DNA from: Candidatus Latescibacterota bacterium
GTDB lineage: Bacteria > Latescibacterota > UBA2968 > UBA8231
Assembly: GCA_965248355.1 (NCBI GenBank)
Contig: OZ252098.1
Span: 5,248,001 to 5,312,000 of the forward strand
Direction of reading: 5' to 3'
DNA: 64,000 bases
The position numbers and the translations under genes were made by a program. Numbering within the stretch: position 1 is the stretch's first letter; the number at the start of each line of letters is the position of its first letter. The notes under the pieces are model-generated. The model saw nothing but the letters and a program-made list of their open reading frames with translations, ran no database searches and had not been told where the DNA came from. Below are positions 46,530 to 55,960 of the stretch, piece by piece.

Positions 46530-46967
46530 CTATGGCGAACCGCGAGAGACCTTTGATCGGGGGGCATGCGGATTTGAGAAAATCATCCTGTGCCACCGCC
46601 GGAGGGCCCTGCGCTGCGCGGGACCAAGGGCCTCCAGCGTCTGCAGGGGCCGCTGACCGCCCCGGGCCGGGAAGAGGCCCCGGGGCCGCTTGCCCGGGGA
46701 TTCCTGCCGGCCGCCCAGGACGACGCTACCCACGTCCACGGTGCCGCTGTCGATGGCGCCCGCCTCCACGGTGTCCGCCTCCACGCTGTCGATGGCGCCG
46801 GCTTCGGCAACCACTGGAGGCAGAGGTGGTGCGGCCGCCGGGCTCGCGGGCGCGTCGACAAGGCCGACAGGCAGCAGCAGGGCCGCGGCCAGGAAAGCGG
46901 GCCCGGCAAGACGCACGGTCCGGTGTCCACGGGGGACAGCGAGCCGGCCGTGCGTCGTCGATGTCAT
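46530..46967 (-). CDS. Hypothetical secreted protein
   Basis: Hydrophobic N-terminal stretch and a short EAGAIDS repeat; weak support. Confidence 0.3.
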   Translation of the reverse strand: MTSTTHGRLAVPRGHRTVRLAGPAFLAAALLLPVGLVDAPASPAAAPPLPPVVAEAGAIDSVEADTVEAGAIDSGTVDVGSVVLGGRQESPGKRPRGLFPARGGQRPLQTLEALGPAQRRALRRWHRMIFSNPHAPRSKVSRGSP

Positions 46968-46977
46968 GGGGAAAGTG

Positions 46978-47053
46978 TGGTAGCCCCTACGGGATTCGAA
47001 CCCGTGTTACCGGCGTGAGAGGCCGGCGTCCTAGGCCTCTAGACGAAGGGGCC
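46978..47053 (-). tRNA. tRNA-Glu (anticodon CTC)
   Basis: GGCCCCTTCGTCTAGAGGCCTAGGACGCCGGCCTCTCACGCCGGTAACACGGGTTCGAATCCCGTAGGGGCTACCA: cloverleaf, TTCGAAT T-loop, encoded CCA. Confidence 0.97.
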
Positions 47054-47221
47054 ACAATCCTTCGGGATCGTCTGCCAAGGAGCAGAAAAAGCTAGCCACG
47101 AGGGCCGGAGATGTCAACTTTGCGGCAGGAGCGGGATCCGGGATCCGGGGCGGTCTCCGCCGGGCGCGGAGGCGGCCCATTCCTTACCCTTGATCGCGGT
47201 TCCAGCCCCGAGGAGATGAGG

Positions 47222-48049
47222 ATGACCGAGGAGGAGCGCTACGAGTTTGACCGCGACGGGTACGTCGTCGTCGAGGACATGCTCACCGCCGGCGAGGTGG
47301 CGTCGCTGAAAGCGGCCGTCGACCGCCTGGAGGAGCACGCCGCCGCCCACGTGGACCGGCCGCCGCGCAAGAAGTCGCCCTGGGGGGCGGAGTACCACGC
47401 CGACGAGGCCCTGGGCTATCACGTGCAGGGCGAGCGGGCCGAGGGGAAGACGCTGATCGTCGAGGACTTCTGGAACGCCGACGAGGCCTTCGACGTGCTC
47501 GTGGGGCACGAGCGCACCCTGGAGTACGTGGGCGCCGTGGTGGCGCCGCGGCCCACGGTGAACAACTCGGAGATCCGCATCCGCTACAAGGGCAACGCCA
47601 GCCCCCATCACGGCGGCAGCCGCGGCGAGGACCAGAAGTACCGCTACAACTTCACCTCCGGGCGCATCGACTGCATGATGGTGCGCATGATCTACTTCCT
47701 CCACGACAACGATGCCGAGGGCGGCGCCTTCACCGTGGTCCCCGGCACCCACAAGTCCAACCTGCCGCCCCCCTACGGCAACGATCCCGACAGCGAGCCG
47801 GGGACGGTGGCGCTGGAGGTGAAGGCGGGCTGGGGGATCTTCTTCACCGAGGCCCTGCGCCACGGCGGGCGCACGAACCGCTCGGACCGGGTGCGCAAGA
47901 CGATCCACGTGGGCTACGCGCCGTACTGGATGCAGTCGCAGAACATGGCCACCATGGACGAGCCCCCCTTCGTCACGAAGGCTACCCGCGCCCGGTGGTC
48001 CGATGAGCAGCGGCAGCTGTTCCGGTCGTGGCCGGAGCACTGGGGATGA
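47222..48049 (+). CDS. PhyH-family Fe(II)/2-oxoglutarate enzyme with HxG motif
   Basis: FDRDGYVVVEDML, FTVVPGTHK, EALRHGG, RKT. HHGG sits at the HxD position. Start could be 47216. Confidence 0.85.
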   Translation: MTEEERYEFDRDGYVVVEDMLTAGEVASLKAAVDRLEEHAAAHVDRPPRKKSPWGAEYHADEALGYHVQGERAEGKTLIVEDFWNADEAFDVLVGHERTLEYVGAVVAPRPTVNNSEIRIRYKGNASPHHGGSRGEDQKYRYNFTSGRIDCMMVRMIYFLHDNDAEGGAFTVVPGTHKSNLPPPYGNDPDSEPGTVALEVKAGWGIFFTEALRHGGRTNRSDRVRKTIHVGYAPYWMQSQNMATMDEPPFVTKATRARWSDEQRQLFRSWPEHWG

Positions 48050-48801
48050 AGATCGATCTCACCGGGGGACTCGGGCCGGTGGAGCAGACCGGCCTCGGCG
48101 AGCGGATGCTGGCCGTCTTCCACGCGCCGCGCCGCGCCTTCGAGGCCGTGGCCGACGGGGGGAAGTGGATCGACTGGGTGGTGCCCGTGGCCCTGGGCGC
48201 CGGGGTCTGGGCGGCGCACAACCTGGCGACCCTGTCCATGGCGGCGCCCGAGGAGCCGGCGGCCATCAGCGGCTGGGAGCGGCTCGACGAGGCCGGGAAG
48301 GAGACCGTTGCGCTGCGGAACGAGGCGTGGCGGGGCCACGGCTGGATCAGCTTTCCCCTCGTCGGCCGGTTCTCGGGTCTGGCGGCCGTGGCCCTGGTGC
48401 TGGTCGGTCTGGCGCGCTGGGTGCTGCGTTCGGAGGCCGGTCTGAGGCAGATGCTGGCCATCAAGAGCTACGCCGGTCTGGTCACCATTCCGCAGTGGAT
48501 CCTGCTGACCCTGCTGGTCCGCCTCGGCGCCTGCGAACCGGCGGCGCCCTTCTCCGGTCCGGGGGTCTTCCACGCCGGCTTCCTGCTGCCGGCCGGCGGG
48601 GAGCCGAGCTTCGCGGGCCGGTTCCTCATGGGCGTGAACTTCTTCGACCTGTGGCAGGCCGTTCTCCTCGGCATCGGCCTGGCGGTGGTCACCGGGGTCC
48701 CGCGAAGCCGGGCCCTGGTGGTGGTGCTGGTGCCCTGGCTCATCTGGACCGCCATGGGGGCCCTGGCCGCCGCCCCGGGGGACGCGCCAGCGCCGTCCTG
48801 A
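48046..48801 (+). CDS. YIP1-family-like membrane protein
   Basis: VFHAPRRAFE, NFFDLWQAVLLGIGL; about 5 TMs. Confidence 0.75.
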   Translation: MKIDLTGGLGPVEQTGLGERMLAVFHAPRRAFEAVADGGKWIDWVVPVALGAGVWAAHNLATLSMAAPEEPAAISGWERLDEAGKETVALRNEAWRGHGWISFPLVGRFSGLAAVALVLVGLARWVLRSEAGLRQMLAIKSYAGLVTIPQWILLTLLVRLGACEPAAPFSGPGVFHAGFLLPAGGEPSFAGRFLMGVNFFDLWQAVLLGIGLAVVTGVPRSRALVVVLVPWLIWTAMGALAAAPGDAPAPS

Positions 48802-49032
48802 TCCGCGGCTGCCCCCGGGCGCCGCGCTGGAGCCGACTGACCCACCGGGGGCCGTCCTCTTGCTGTCCCAAGGCTGCGGCCGGGAGGCCTAGGCCACGGC
48901 ATTCCGGCCGCCGGGTCCCTATCTTGATCGAGCGGCCCAGCGGCGGGTCCCCACCCTCGCCGGACCGCCAACCCTCAGCACCCCCTCTCCCCGGGTCCAT
49001 CCACAGGACGGCGCGCCCGTCCCGGAGGTGGA

Positions 49033-49728
49033 TTGCCGGCACCCCCGCACATCGGCGTCCTGCGCGAGCGTTCCCTGCACGCGGCCGTGAAGTCCTGGTA
49101 CGCGCGGCCCCAGGACCGCCTGGAGACCCGGGTCGACGGCTACGTCGTCGACATCAAGCGCGACGACGACCTGCTGGTGGAGATCCAGACGCGAGGCTTC
49201 TCGCCCCTGAAGGTCAAGCTGCGCCGGCTCACCGAGCGGCGGCGGGTGCGCCTCGTGCACCCCATCGCCGCGGAGAAGTGGATCCTGCGCGTCGACGGCT
49301 CGGGCGAGCGCCTCGGAAGGCGCAAGTCCCCGAAGCGCGGGCGCGTCGAGGACGTCTTCACCGAGCTGGTCCGCATCCCGGACCTGCCGGCGCGTCCGGG
49401 CTTCGCCCTGGAGGTGCTGCTGATCCAGGAGGAGGAGGTGCGCTGCTACGACGGCCGCGGCTCCTGGCGGCACCCGGAGTGGCGGCGCGCCGACCGCCGC
49501 CTGCTGAAGGTGGTGCGCCGCTGCGACCTGGCGACGCCGGCCCGGCTGCTGGCCCTGCTGCCTTCCGCCGGGGAGCTGCCCCGGCCCTTCACCAACCGCT
49601 CGCTGGCCGAGGCCGCGGGCCTGAGCCTGACCCTTGCCGCGCGCATGACCTACTGCCTGAGGGCGGTGGACGGGCTCGCCGTGGTCGGCCGCGGCCGGCA
49701 CGGGGCCCAGCTCCTGGCCGAAGCCTGA
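49033..49728 (+). CDS. Hypothetical protein, PD-(D/E)xK nuclease-like fold with C-terminal HTH
   Basis: RBS ggaggt with TTG start; ERSLHAAVK, GYVVDI, LVEIQT. Confidence 0.65.
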   Translation: MPAPPHIGVLRERSLHAAVKSWYARPQDRLETRVDGYVVDIKRDDDLLVEIQTRGFSPLKVKLRRLTERRRVRLVHPIAAEKWILRVDGSGERLGRRKSPKRGRVEDVFTELVRIPDLPARPGFALEVLLIQEEEVRCYDGRGSWRHPEWRRADRRLLKVVRRCDLATPARLLALLPSAGELPRPFTNRSLAEAAGLSLTLAARMTYCLRAVDGLAVVGRGRHGAQLLAEA

Positions 49729-49946
49729 ACGGGGAAGTGCCTGGCGGCTGACCCGGCCGCGTCCCTCCGGTGCGTCTGCTGCGCCCCTCGTCGAGGTTCC
49801 TTCCCGCCGCCTGCTCATCCCGAGCGTGCAGGTAGCCTGGACCCACGCGGCCATGTAGCCGGCGCCCGGCGCCCCTGCTTAGATTGCCGCCCCGGCTGGA
49901 CAAAGGGCGCGGCTGGTTGAGCCGCCCAAGACGAGAGGAGAGAGCG

Positions 49947-50747
49947 ATGACCGACCTGGCGACGATGACCAGCGTCTGCCCCGACTGGAGCCTGGACGAG
50001 GTCGTGGCCGGCATGAAGCGCCACGGGTACAAGGGCCTGGAGCCGCGCGTCGAGTGGGGCCACGCCAGCGGCATCGAGGCCGGTCTGTCCAAGGCCGCCC
50101 GGGCCGAGGTGCGGCGCCGCTTCGCCGGCGAGGGGCTGGCGATCTGCTGCATCGCCACCGGGGCGCGCATGGCGGCGGAGGAACCGGAACGGGCGGCCCA
50201 CGTGGAGGACGTGCGCCGCTACATCGAGCTGGCCGCCGATCTCGGCTGCGGACTCCTGCGCACCTTCGGCGGCCGGCGCGACTCGTCGCGGGAGCTGGCC
50301 GCGGCGGTGGAGCACACGGCCGGCGGCTACCGCCAGGTGGCGGCCGAGGCCGGGGCGGCGGGGGTCACGGTGCTGATGGAGACCCACGACGACTGGTGCT
50401 GCTCGGCGCCGGTGCGGGCCGTGGTCGAGGCCGTGGACCACCCTGCGGTGCAGGTCCTGTGGGACGTGATGCACACCCAGCGCATGATGGAGACGTCCGA
50501 GGAGTCCTTCCAGGCCCTCGGCCCGCTGACGCGGCACCTCCACGCCCACGACGGCCGCTACGTGGACGGCCGCCTGCAGGTGTGCGGCCTCGGCGACGGC
50601 GTCATCGATCACGCCGGGCCGGTGCGCTTGCTGGAGGCCGCGGGGTACCAGGGCTACTTCTCGGTGGAGGTGATCCACGCGCGCGGCAGCGATCACGACG
50701 CCGACGCCGTGCTCGCCGGGTACGCCGCGGGGTTCCACGGTTTCTGA
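49947..50747 (+). CDS. Sugar phosphate isomerase/epimerase
   Basis: METHDD, LWDVMH, HAHDG, GYFSVE. Confidence 0.88.
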   Translation: MTDLATMTSVCPDWSLDEVVAGMKRHGYKGLEPRVEWGHASGIEAGLSKAARAEVRRRFAGEGLAICCIATGARMAAEEPERAAHVEDVRRYIELAADLGCGLLRTFGGRRDSSRELAAAVEHTAGGYRQVAAEAGAAGVTVLMETHDDWCCSAPVRAVVEAVDHPAVQVLWDVMHTQRMMETSEESFQALGPLTRHLHAHDGRYVDGRLQVCGLGDGVIDHAGPVRLLEAAGYQGYFSVEVIHARGSDHDADAVLAGYAAGFHGF

Positions 50748-50807
50748 GGAAGTCCTCGTCCGCCAGCGCGATCTCTCCCACGACTCCGGGCAGCGCGCCG
50801 CCACCGC

Positions 50808-51950
50808 CTACCAGTCCTGCACGGCCCCGTCCGGCCGGCGCAGGTGGGGCGGCTCGTGATCGTCGGCGCCGAGCCGCCGGGCCGCCTGCACGTCCAGGTC
50901 GATCCCCAGCCCCGGCCGATCCGAGGCCAGCAGGTACCCGTCCTCGACGCGCAGGTCGTGCTCCACCACCTCGCTCATGGCCGCCGAGGGCGGCGCGAAC
51001 TCCTGCACGGCGCAGTTGGCGATCGACAGGTTCAGATGCAGCATGGCCGCCGAGCTCACCGGGCTCGAGGTGTAGTGGGTGGCCAGCTCCTGGTAGTGGA
51101 CCTCGGCCAGGTGGGCCAGCTTCCGGCCCTCGGTGATGCCGCCGGTGTGGCAGATGTCGACGCGCAGGTAGTCGATCAGCTCGCCCTCGATCAGCTCGCG
51201 GTAGGCCCACTTGTCGTGCAGCTGCTCGCCGGTGCCGATCGGTACCGAGGTGTGCTCGCGCAGGGTGCGGAAGGCGCCGGGGTTCTCCGAGCGGATCGGG
51301 TCTTCGACGAAGAACGGCCGCAGCCCCTCCAGTTGCCGGCACAACTCGATGGCTCGCGCCGGCGACAGCCGCGTGTGGACCTCGAAGATGATCTCCACCT
51401 CCGGCCCGACCGCCTCGCGCAGAGCGGTCATGTGAGCGACTCCGTTGAGGATCGCGCGGCGCGGGTCGAAACCGACGTCGGCCCGGTGGTCGGTGCCGCG
51501 GCCGGCGACGATCGGCGAGATGCGCAACACCTTCCAGCCCTCGTCGAGCAGGGCGCGGGAGCTCTCGACCAGCCGGTCCGGCGTGGCGCCGCCGACGTGC
51601 CGGTAGAGGAGGACCTTGTCGCGGGCGAGGCCGCCGAGGAGGCGGTACGCGGGCACGCCGAGGGCCTTGGCGTTGAGGTCCCACAGGGCGATGTCGACGC
51701 CGGCCAGCGCCGACTGCAGCACCGGTCCTCCGCGCCAGAAGGTACCGCGGAACAGATCCTGCCAGATGAACTCGATGCGGGTGGCGTCCTGGCCGATCAG
51801 CAGGGGCGTGAGGTGGTCGAACGCGGCCACCACGGCCCGGTTGCGGCCGCTGAGGCTGGCCTCGCCGATGCCGTACACGCCTTCGTCGGTATCGATCTTG
51901 ACGTAGACGAAGCTGGCGAAGGGAACCACGTCGACCCGGGTGATCTTCAC
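50808..51950 (-). CDS. Mandelate racemase/galactonate dehydratase-like enolase-superfamily enzyme
   Basis: GVYGIGE, DIALWDL, FVEDP, IGTGEQ, GGITE, PGLGIDLD. Confidence 0.92.
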   Translation of the reverse strand: MKITRVDVVPFASFVYVKIDTDEGVYGIGEASLSGRNRAVVAAFDHLTPLLIGQDATRIEFIWQDLFRGTFWRGGPVLQSALAGVDIALWDLNAKALGVPAYRLLGGLARDKVLLYRHVGGATPDRLVESSRALLDEGWKVLRISPIVAGRGTDHRADVGFDPRRAILNGVAHMTALREAVGPEVEIIFEVHTRLSPARAIELCRQLEGLRPFFVEDPIRSENPGAFRTLREHTSVPIGTGEQLHDKWAYRELIEGELIDYLRVDICHTGGITEGRKLAHLAEVHYQELATHYTSSPVSSAAMLHLNLSIANCAVQEFAPPSAAMSEVVEHDLRVEDGYLLASDRPGLGIDLDVQAARRLGADDHEPPHLRRPDGAVQDW

Positions 51951-52020
51951 GGGGGACTTCCTTTCCGTTGGAGAGGCCCGGAAATAGGCTGTACCAGCCC
52001 CGTTCGGCAACCGGCGGTCC
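51907..52020. repeat. Imperfect direct repeat, copy A (~114 bp)
   Basis: Matches 53753-53865 with 6 substitutions and 1 indel; covers the upstream region, RBS and first ~14 codons. Confidence 0.92.
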
Positions 52021-52119
52021 GATGCGAGCACGGGTGGTCCGCCCGCTTCTCCGCCTCCATCGCCACCTCGTGCCGGTCCCGGGTTCCGACGGATCGCAGT
52101 TCGAGCCTGGTGCCTCGGC

Positions 52120-53796
52120 TCACGAGGGCATCACGGTGACGTCAATCTCGTCGATGACGATATCGCCACCGGAGCCGTTTTCCACCTCCGCCAGCCTTGC
52201 GCCGAGTGTATTGTCCCCATCGAGCATGTAGTCCGTGCCGAGGTCGAACATGAGGGTCGAGTAGGCTGGGAGCGGACGCCCGATGTTGGTAGAGCGGCCG
52301 TTTGCGTGCCACATCCGACGGACGCGCTCGTCGGGGATCGCCACCCCGTTCATGTCGAACACCAGACGCTCTTCGGGCCGAAGGTTCTGGGCACGGACCG
52401 CCATGCAGGCGTGGCCGACTTCGTCCCACTGCTCGCACAGACGCAGCCGGTACTCTTGACGGACGCCGGGCGCCTCACGGCTCAGGACGATCCTGTCGTC
52501 CTTCATGGCGCCGGTCGAAGCCATGCCAGGCGCGCCTTGGTAGTCCACCCCTCCGAACATCGACCGGAACAGGTATGTGCGGTGGCGTGCCTTGATGGTT
52601 TCGGGGTCCTTGAGCTCCCTGAGCAGGGCCAATTCTCCGGGGAACCCGCCAATGAGATTCCCCGTGTACTGCTCCTGGAAGTTGAAGCTCGAAACGCCGT
52701 CGGCCCCGGCTCCGTACATGTTGTTGGCGAGTGCGCGGTAGTTGTCCGAGGTCATCGGACGCAGGTATACCCGGGACTGAAACGCCATATGGTCCCCCGT
52801 GCCGCTCTCGCCGGTATCCGGCTGGAGCGCCCAAGGGACAGTGTCGCTCCGTGCGTCGGTTGCCGAGCAGAACGGCAGGACTCCCGGAAGCAGGCGGCAG
52901 GCAGTCCCTTCCGCAAGCCTGGAAAATTCCTCCCATGGCGCGTTGTGGTTCGAGTACATGGAGTTGCTTGGGCTCGCGTAGTCAAGAATACCCGTGGTGA
53001 TCCACGTGGGAAGATCAAGGCCGCAATCGTGGCACTCGTCGACGGTCTCCGGAACACGGACGCCAAGAAGCAGTTTCCTACCCTTGTTGCGCGCCTCATC
53101 GTCCAGCATATCGCGGATGCGTTGCACCAGTTCCGTCATCAGGTGCTGCCGTTCCCGAGAAATCGAGCGGGGGTAAGGGAAGTGATTGTCGCTGCGGAAG
53201 GTTATCTCGATGCCGTCCACGTCGAAACGGCGCGCGATCTCCTCAATCGCCCCGAAATGGAAGTCCCTCACCTCGCGGAACGAGAAATCGAGCGTGTTAC
53301 CCGGCTTGCTCAGCGGCCCCGGCGGGGGGGCTCTCAGGATGAACTCCGGGTGATCGAACATCCACCGGGCGCCCTGTGTGGGCGCGCCGTGGTCGTCGCC
53401 GAACCGGGCCCCCGCGATGAACTTCATCCCGCGCTGGTGCGCCTGGTCGCTGAATACCTCGATGGGATTGATGCCCCGATCCAGCATGGGCATCCAGCGG
53501 CGATGCTGCGGCCGCTGATCGTACTCGTAGGTGTCGGAGTAGAAGTGCAGCACCCACCCCTGTCCGAAGACCTCCTGCCCAAGCGCGTCCGCCCCACTCA
53601 GAGCGAAGTGGTCGACGAGCTTGCGGATCTGTTCGGGAGTTGCCGGATCGCTGACGAACGGTTCCCGTGCGTGACTCGAAAGGTCGGCGACGAACAGCAG
53701 GCGGATATCGCCCCTGGGCTTGATCGGTCTCGGTCCCGGCGGTGTCGAAGCCACGAAGCCGGCGAAGGGAACCACGTCGACCCGGGTGATCTTCAC
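52120..53796 (-). CDS. Putative glycoside hydrolase (GHL10/DUF187-like) with a borrowed N-terminus
   Basis: LDFSFREVR, FDVDGIEITF, GLDLPTWI, GADGVSSFNF. The first residues VKITRVDVVPFA are identical to the dehydratase. Confidence 0.7.
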   Translation of the reverse strand: MKITRVDVVPFAGFVASTPPGPRPIKPRGDIRLLFVADLSSHAREPFVSDPATPEQIRKLVDHFALSGADALGQEVFGQGWVLHFYSDTYEYDQRPQHRRWMPMLDRGINPIEVFSDQAHQRGMKFIAGARFGDDHGAPTQGARWMFDHPEFILRAPPPGPLSKPGNTLDFSFREVRDFHFGAIEEIARRFDVDGIEITFRSDNHFPYPRSISRERQHLMTELVQRIRDMLDDEARNKGRKLLLGVRVPETVDECHDCGLDLPTWITTGILDYASPSNSMYSNHNAPWEEFSRLAEGTACRLLPGVLPFCSATDARSDTVPWALQPDTGESGTGDHMAFQSRVYLRPMTSDNYRALANNMYGAGADGVSSFNFQEQYTGNLIGGFPGELALLRELKDPETIKARHRTYLFRSMFGGVDYQGAPGMASTGAMKDDRIVLSREAPGVRQEYRLRLCEQWDEVGHACMAVRAQNLRPEERLVFDMNGVAIPDERVRRMWHANGRSTNIGRPLPAYSTLMFDLGTDYMLDGDNTLGARLAEVENGSGGDIVIDEIDVTVMPS

Positions 53797-53865
53797 GGGG
53801 GACTCCTTTCCGTTGGGGAGGCCCGGAAATAGGTTGTACCCGCCCCGTCCGGCAACCCGCGGTCC
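53753..53865. repeat. Imperfect direct repeat, copy B
   Basis: Matches 51907-52020. Confidence 0.92.
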
Positions 53866-53890
53866 CGGGCTGCCACCGGCGAGCCGAGCC

Positions 53891-55000
53891 ATCCCTTCTC
53901 CCATTCCACATCTCTGGCCGTTGCCGGCCCTGGTCGTCATCGCCTGCGCGCCGACGCTGGAGAGCCAGCTGTGGAAGGCGACCCGCAAGACGGACACGAT
54001 CCCGGCCTACGAGTCGTTTCTCGAAAGCTACTCCGGCGGCCCCCGGTCCGAGGCGGCGCGGGAGCGCCTGCGGGCGCTCTACGAGGCCCTGCGGCGGGTC
54101 GAGTCCGTCCACCTCGAGATCCGCCAGAGCTACGTCCACGGTCGCGCCGGCCGGGAGATCGACGGCCTTGCGCTGCCCGTCGCGCAGACGGCGGCGGCCC
54201 TGCTGCGGCAGGCGGGGCTGAGGATCGCGCCGGACGGGGCCGGGGCCGCCGATGGTATGCTGCGCCTGCGCCTCGAGGGACGCGCCGTGAGCCGGCCCTA
54301 CGCGCCGGTGAACGAGCGCAACCTGCCCCTGAGCGCCGTGACGAGGCGGTACGCCGGCGCCGTCCTGCGCGGGTCGATCTTGCTGTCGACAGGGGGGGAA
54401 AGGCTCTACGACCAGTCCTTCGACGGCATGTACAGCCCGCCGGAGCGCATCGACTCGGAGGACTTCCCGCGGCCCGAGAACGCGCCCTTCGAGGCAGCCT
54501 TCCACACCATCGTGGCGCCCGAGCTGGCGGTCATGATCGGACGGCTCTACGGCCCCGGGCCGCTGGTCGATACCGCGATGGAAGGCTCGTTGCCCCTGCG
54601 GGTCGCGGCCATCGAGGCCCTGGGCGGCGTGGGCGACTCGACATCGGTACAACCGCTGCGGACGATGCTGGGCGGGACTGCCAACTTCCAGCTCCAGCAG
54701 GCTCTTGTGACCGCCCTCGGCCGGATCGGGGACGCCCGCGCCGCGGTGGACCTGGTGGAGGTGCTGCGCTCCGCCTTCGATCCGGCGCTGCGCGCTGGCG
54801 CCGCCGAGGCCCTGGGCCGGATCGGCGGCGAGACCGCCGTGCCGCTGCTGATCGAGGTGCTGCGCCGTGACGCCCCACCCGTGCGGCGGCAGGCGGCCAA
54901 CGCCCTGGGGTCGCTGACCGGCCAGAGCTGGGGCACCGACGCCGACGCCTGGAGCCGCTGGTGGGAGAGCCGTGGGTCGACGCCGGCGCCGCCACCCTGA
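53891..55000 (+). CDS. HEAT-repeat lipoprotein (start uncertain)
   Basis: VVIAC lipobox; repeats ALGRIGD..AV..L; C-terminal WGTDADAWSRWW. No ATG; TTG at 53921 possible. Confidence 0.7.
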   Translation: MPSPIPHLWPLPALVVIACAPTLESQLWKATRKTDTIPAYESFLESYSGGPRSEAARERLRALYEALRRVESVHLEIRQSYVHGRAGREIDGLALPVAQTAAALLRQAGLRIAPDGAGAADGMLRLRLEGRAVSRPYAPVNERNLPLSAVTRRYAGAVLRGSILLSTGGERLYDQSFDGMYSPPERIDSEDFPRPENAPFEAAFHTIVAPELAVMIGRLYGPGPLVDTAMEGSLPLRVAAIEALGGVGDSTSVQPLRTMLGGTANFQLQQALVTALGRIGDARAAVDLVEVLRSAFDPALRAGAAEALGRIGGETAVPLLIEVLRRDAPPVRRQAANALGSLTGQSWGTDADAWSRWWESRGSTPAPPP

Positions 55001-55102
55001 CGAGGGGCGAAGCCCGTGGTGGGGGGGTCACCCTTTCCTTACCGGCCAGGCTCCGTGTACCCTTTCCGGGGCGGCTGCTTCGGGACCGCTGCCGAAACCG
55101 AG

Positions 55103-55960
55103 ATGATACCCTTGAATGAGTTGCTGAAACCGCAAGCGTACCCGACCGGCAGGTCGTCGCCGCGGCGCGTTGCGCTGCTGGCCGCCCATGAACAGCCGCC
55201 CTGTGAGGTCGTCAACCCGTCGGGCCGGGGGTTGATGGTGCTCACCTGCGACCACGCCTCCCACGCCGTGCCCGCGGCCTTGAAAGACCTGGGCCTCGAC
55301 CCGGCGGACCTGCGGCGCCACATCGGCTGGGACGCGGGCGCCGCCGAGCTGGCCCGCCGGCTCTCGCGGCGGTTCGATGTTCCCGCCGTGCTGTCCGGGT
55401 ACTCGCGCCTGGTCATCGACTGCAACCGCAGGCCCGGCCATCCGGAGTCGATCCTGTCCGAGAGCGACGGCACCCCGGTCCCCGGCAACCGCGGCCTCAC
55501 GCCGCAGGAGGCGGAGGGGCGCGCGCGGGCCCTGTTCTTTCCCTATCACGAGGCCATCGCCGGGATCCTCGGCCGCTTCCGCTCGCGGGGGGAGACACCG
55601 GCCTTCGTCGCCCTCCACACCTTCACGCCGAATCTCAACGGCCGGGACCGCCCCTGGCACTTCGGCGTGCTCTGGGACCGCGACGCCCGCATCGCCCGGC
55701 CCCTGATCGAGGCCCTGCGCCGGCACCCGGGGCTGACCGTCGGCGACAACGAGCCCTACTCCGGCCGCGATCTCTACACCTTCTCCAACGCCTACCACGC
55801 CGTGCCGGCCAGGCTCCCGAACGCCATGATCGAGATCCGCCAGGACCTGCTGGCCGACGAGGCCGGGATCGCGCGTTGCGAGCGGATCCTGGCCGGGGCG
55901 CTGGAGGAGGTTCTGACCGGGTCCAGCCTGCGCCAGGAGAGTGACGATGACCTTGCGTGA
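55103..55960 (+). CDS. N-formylglutamate amidohydrolase family protein
   Basis: TCDHAS, HIGWDAG, SRLVIDCNR, LHTFTP, GDNEPYS, IEIRQDL. Confidence 0.92.
   Translation: MIPLNELLKPQAYPTGRSSPRRVALLAAHEQPPCEVVNPSGRGLMVLTCDHASHAVPAALKDLGLDPADLRRHIGWDAGAAELARRLSRRFDVPAVLSGYSRLVIDCNRRPGHPESILSESDGTPVPGNRGLTPQEAEGRARALFFPYHEAIAGILGRFRSRGETPAFVALHTFTPNLNGRDRPWHFGVLWDRDARIARPLIEALRRHPGLTVGDNEPYSGRDLYTFSNAYHAVPARLPNAMIEIRQDLLADEAGIARCERILAGALEEVLTGSSLRQESDDDLA

Noticed and set aside
40900..47053. tRNA-Glu as integration site for the RM/TA island
   Set aside because: No integrase and no duplicated tRNA 3' end found by eye; ordinary high-GC genes lie between them.
49033..49728. Nuclease-like gene as the partner restriction enzyme of the methyltransferase
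   Set aside because: 7.5 kb away among metabolic genes, with no linkage evidence.
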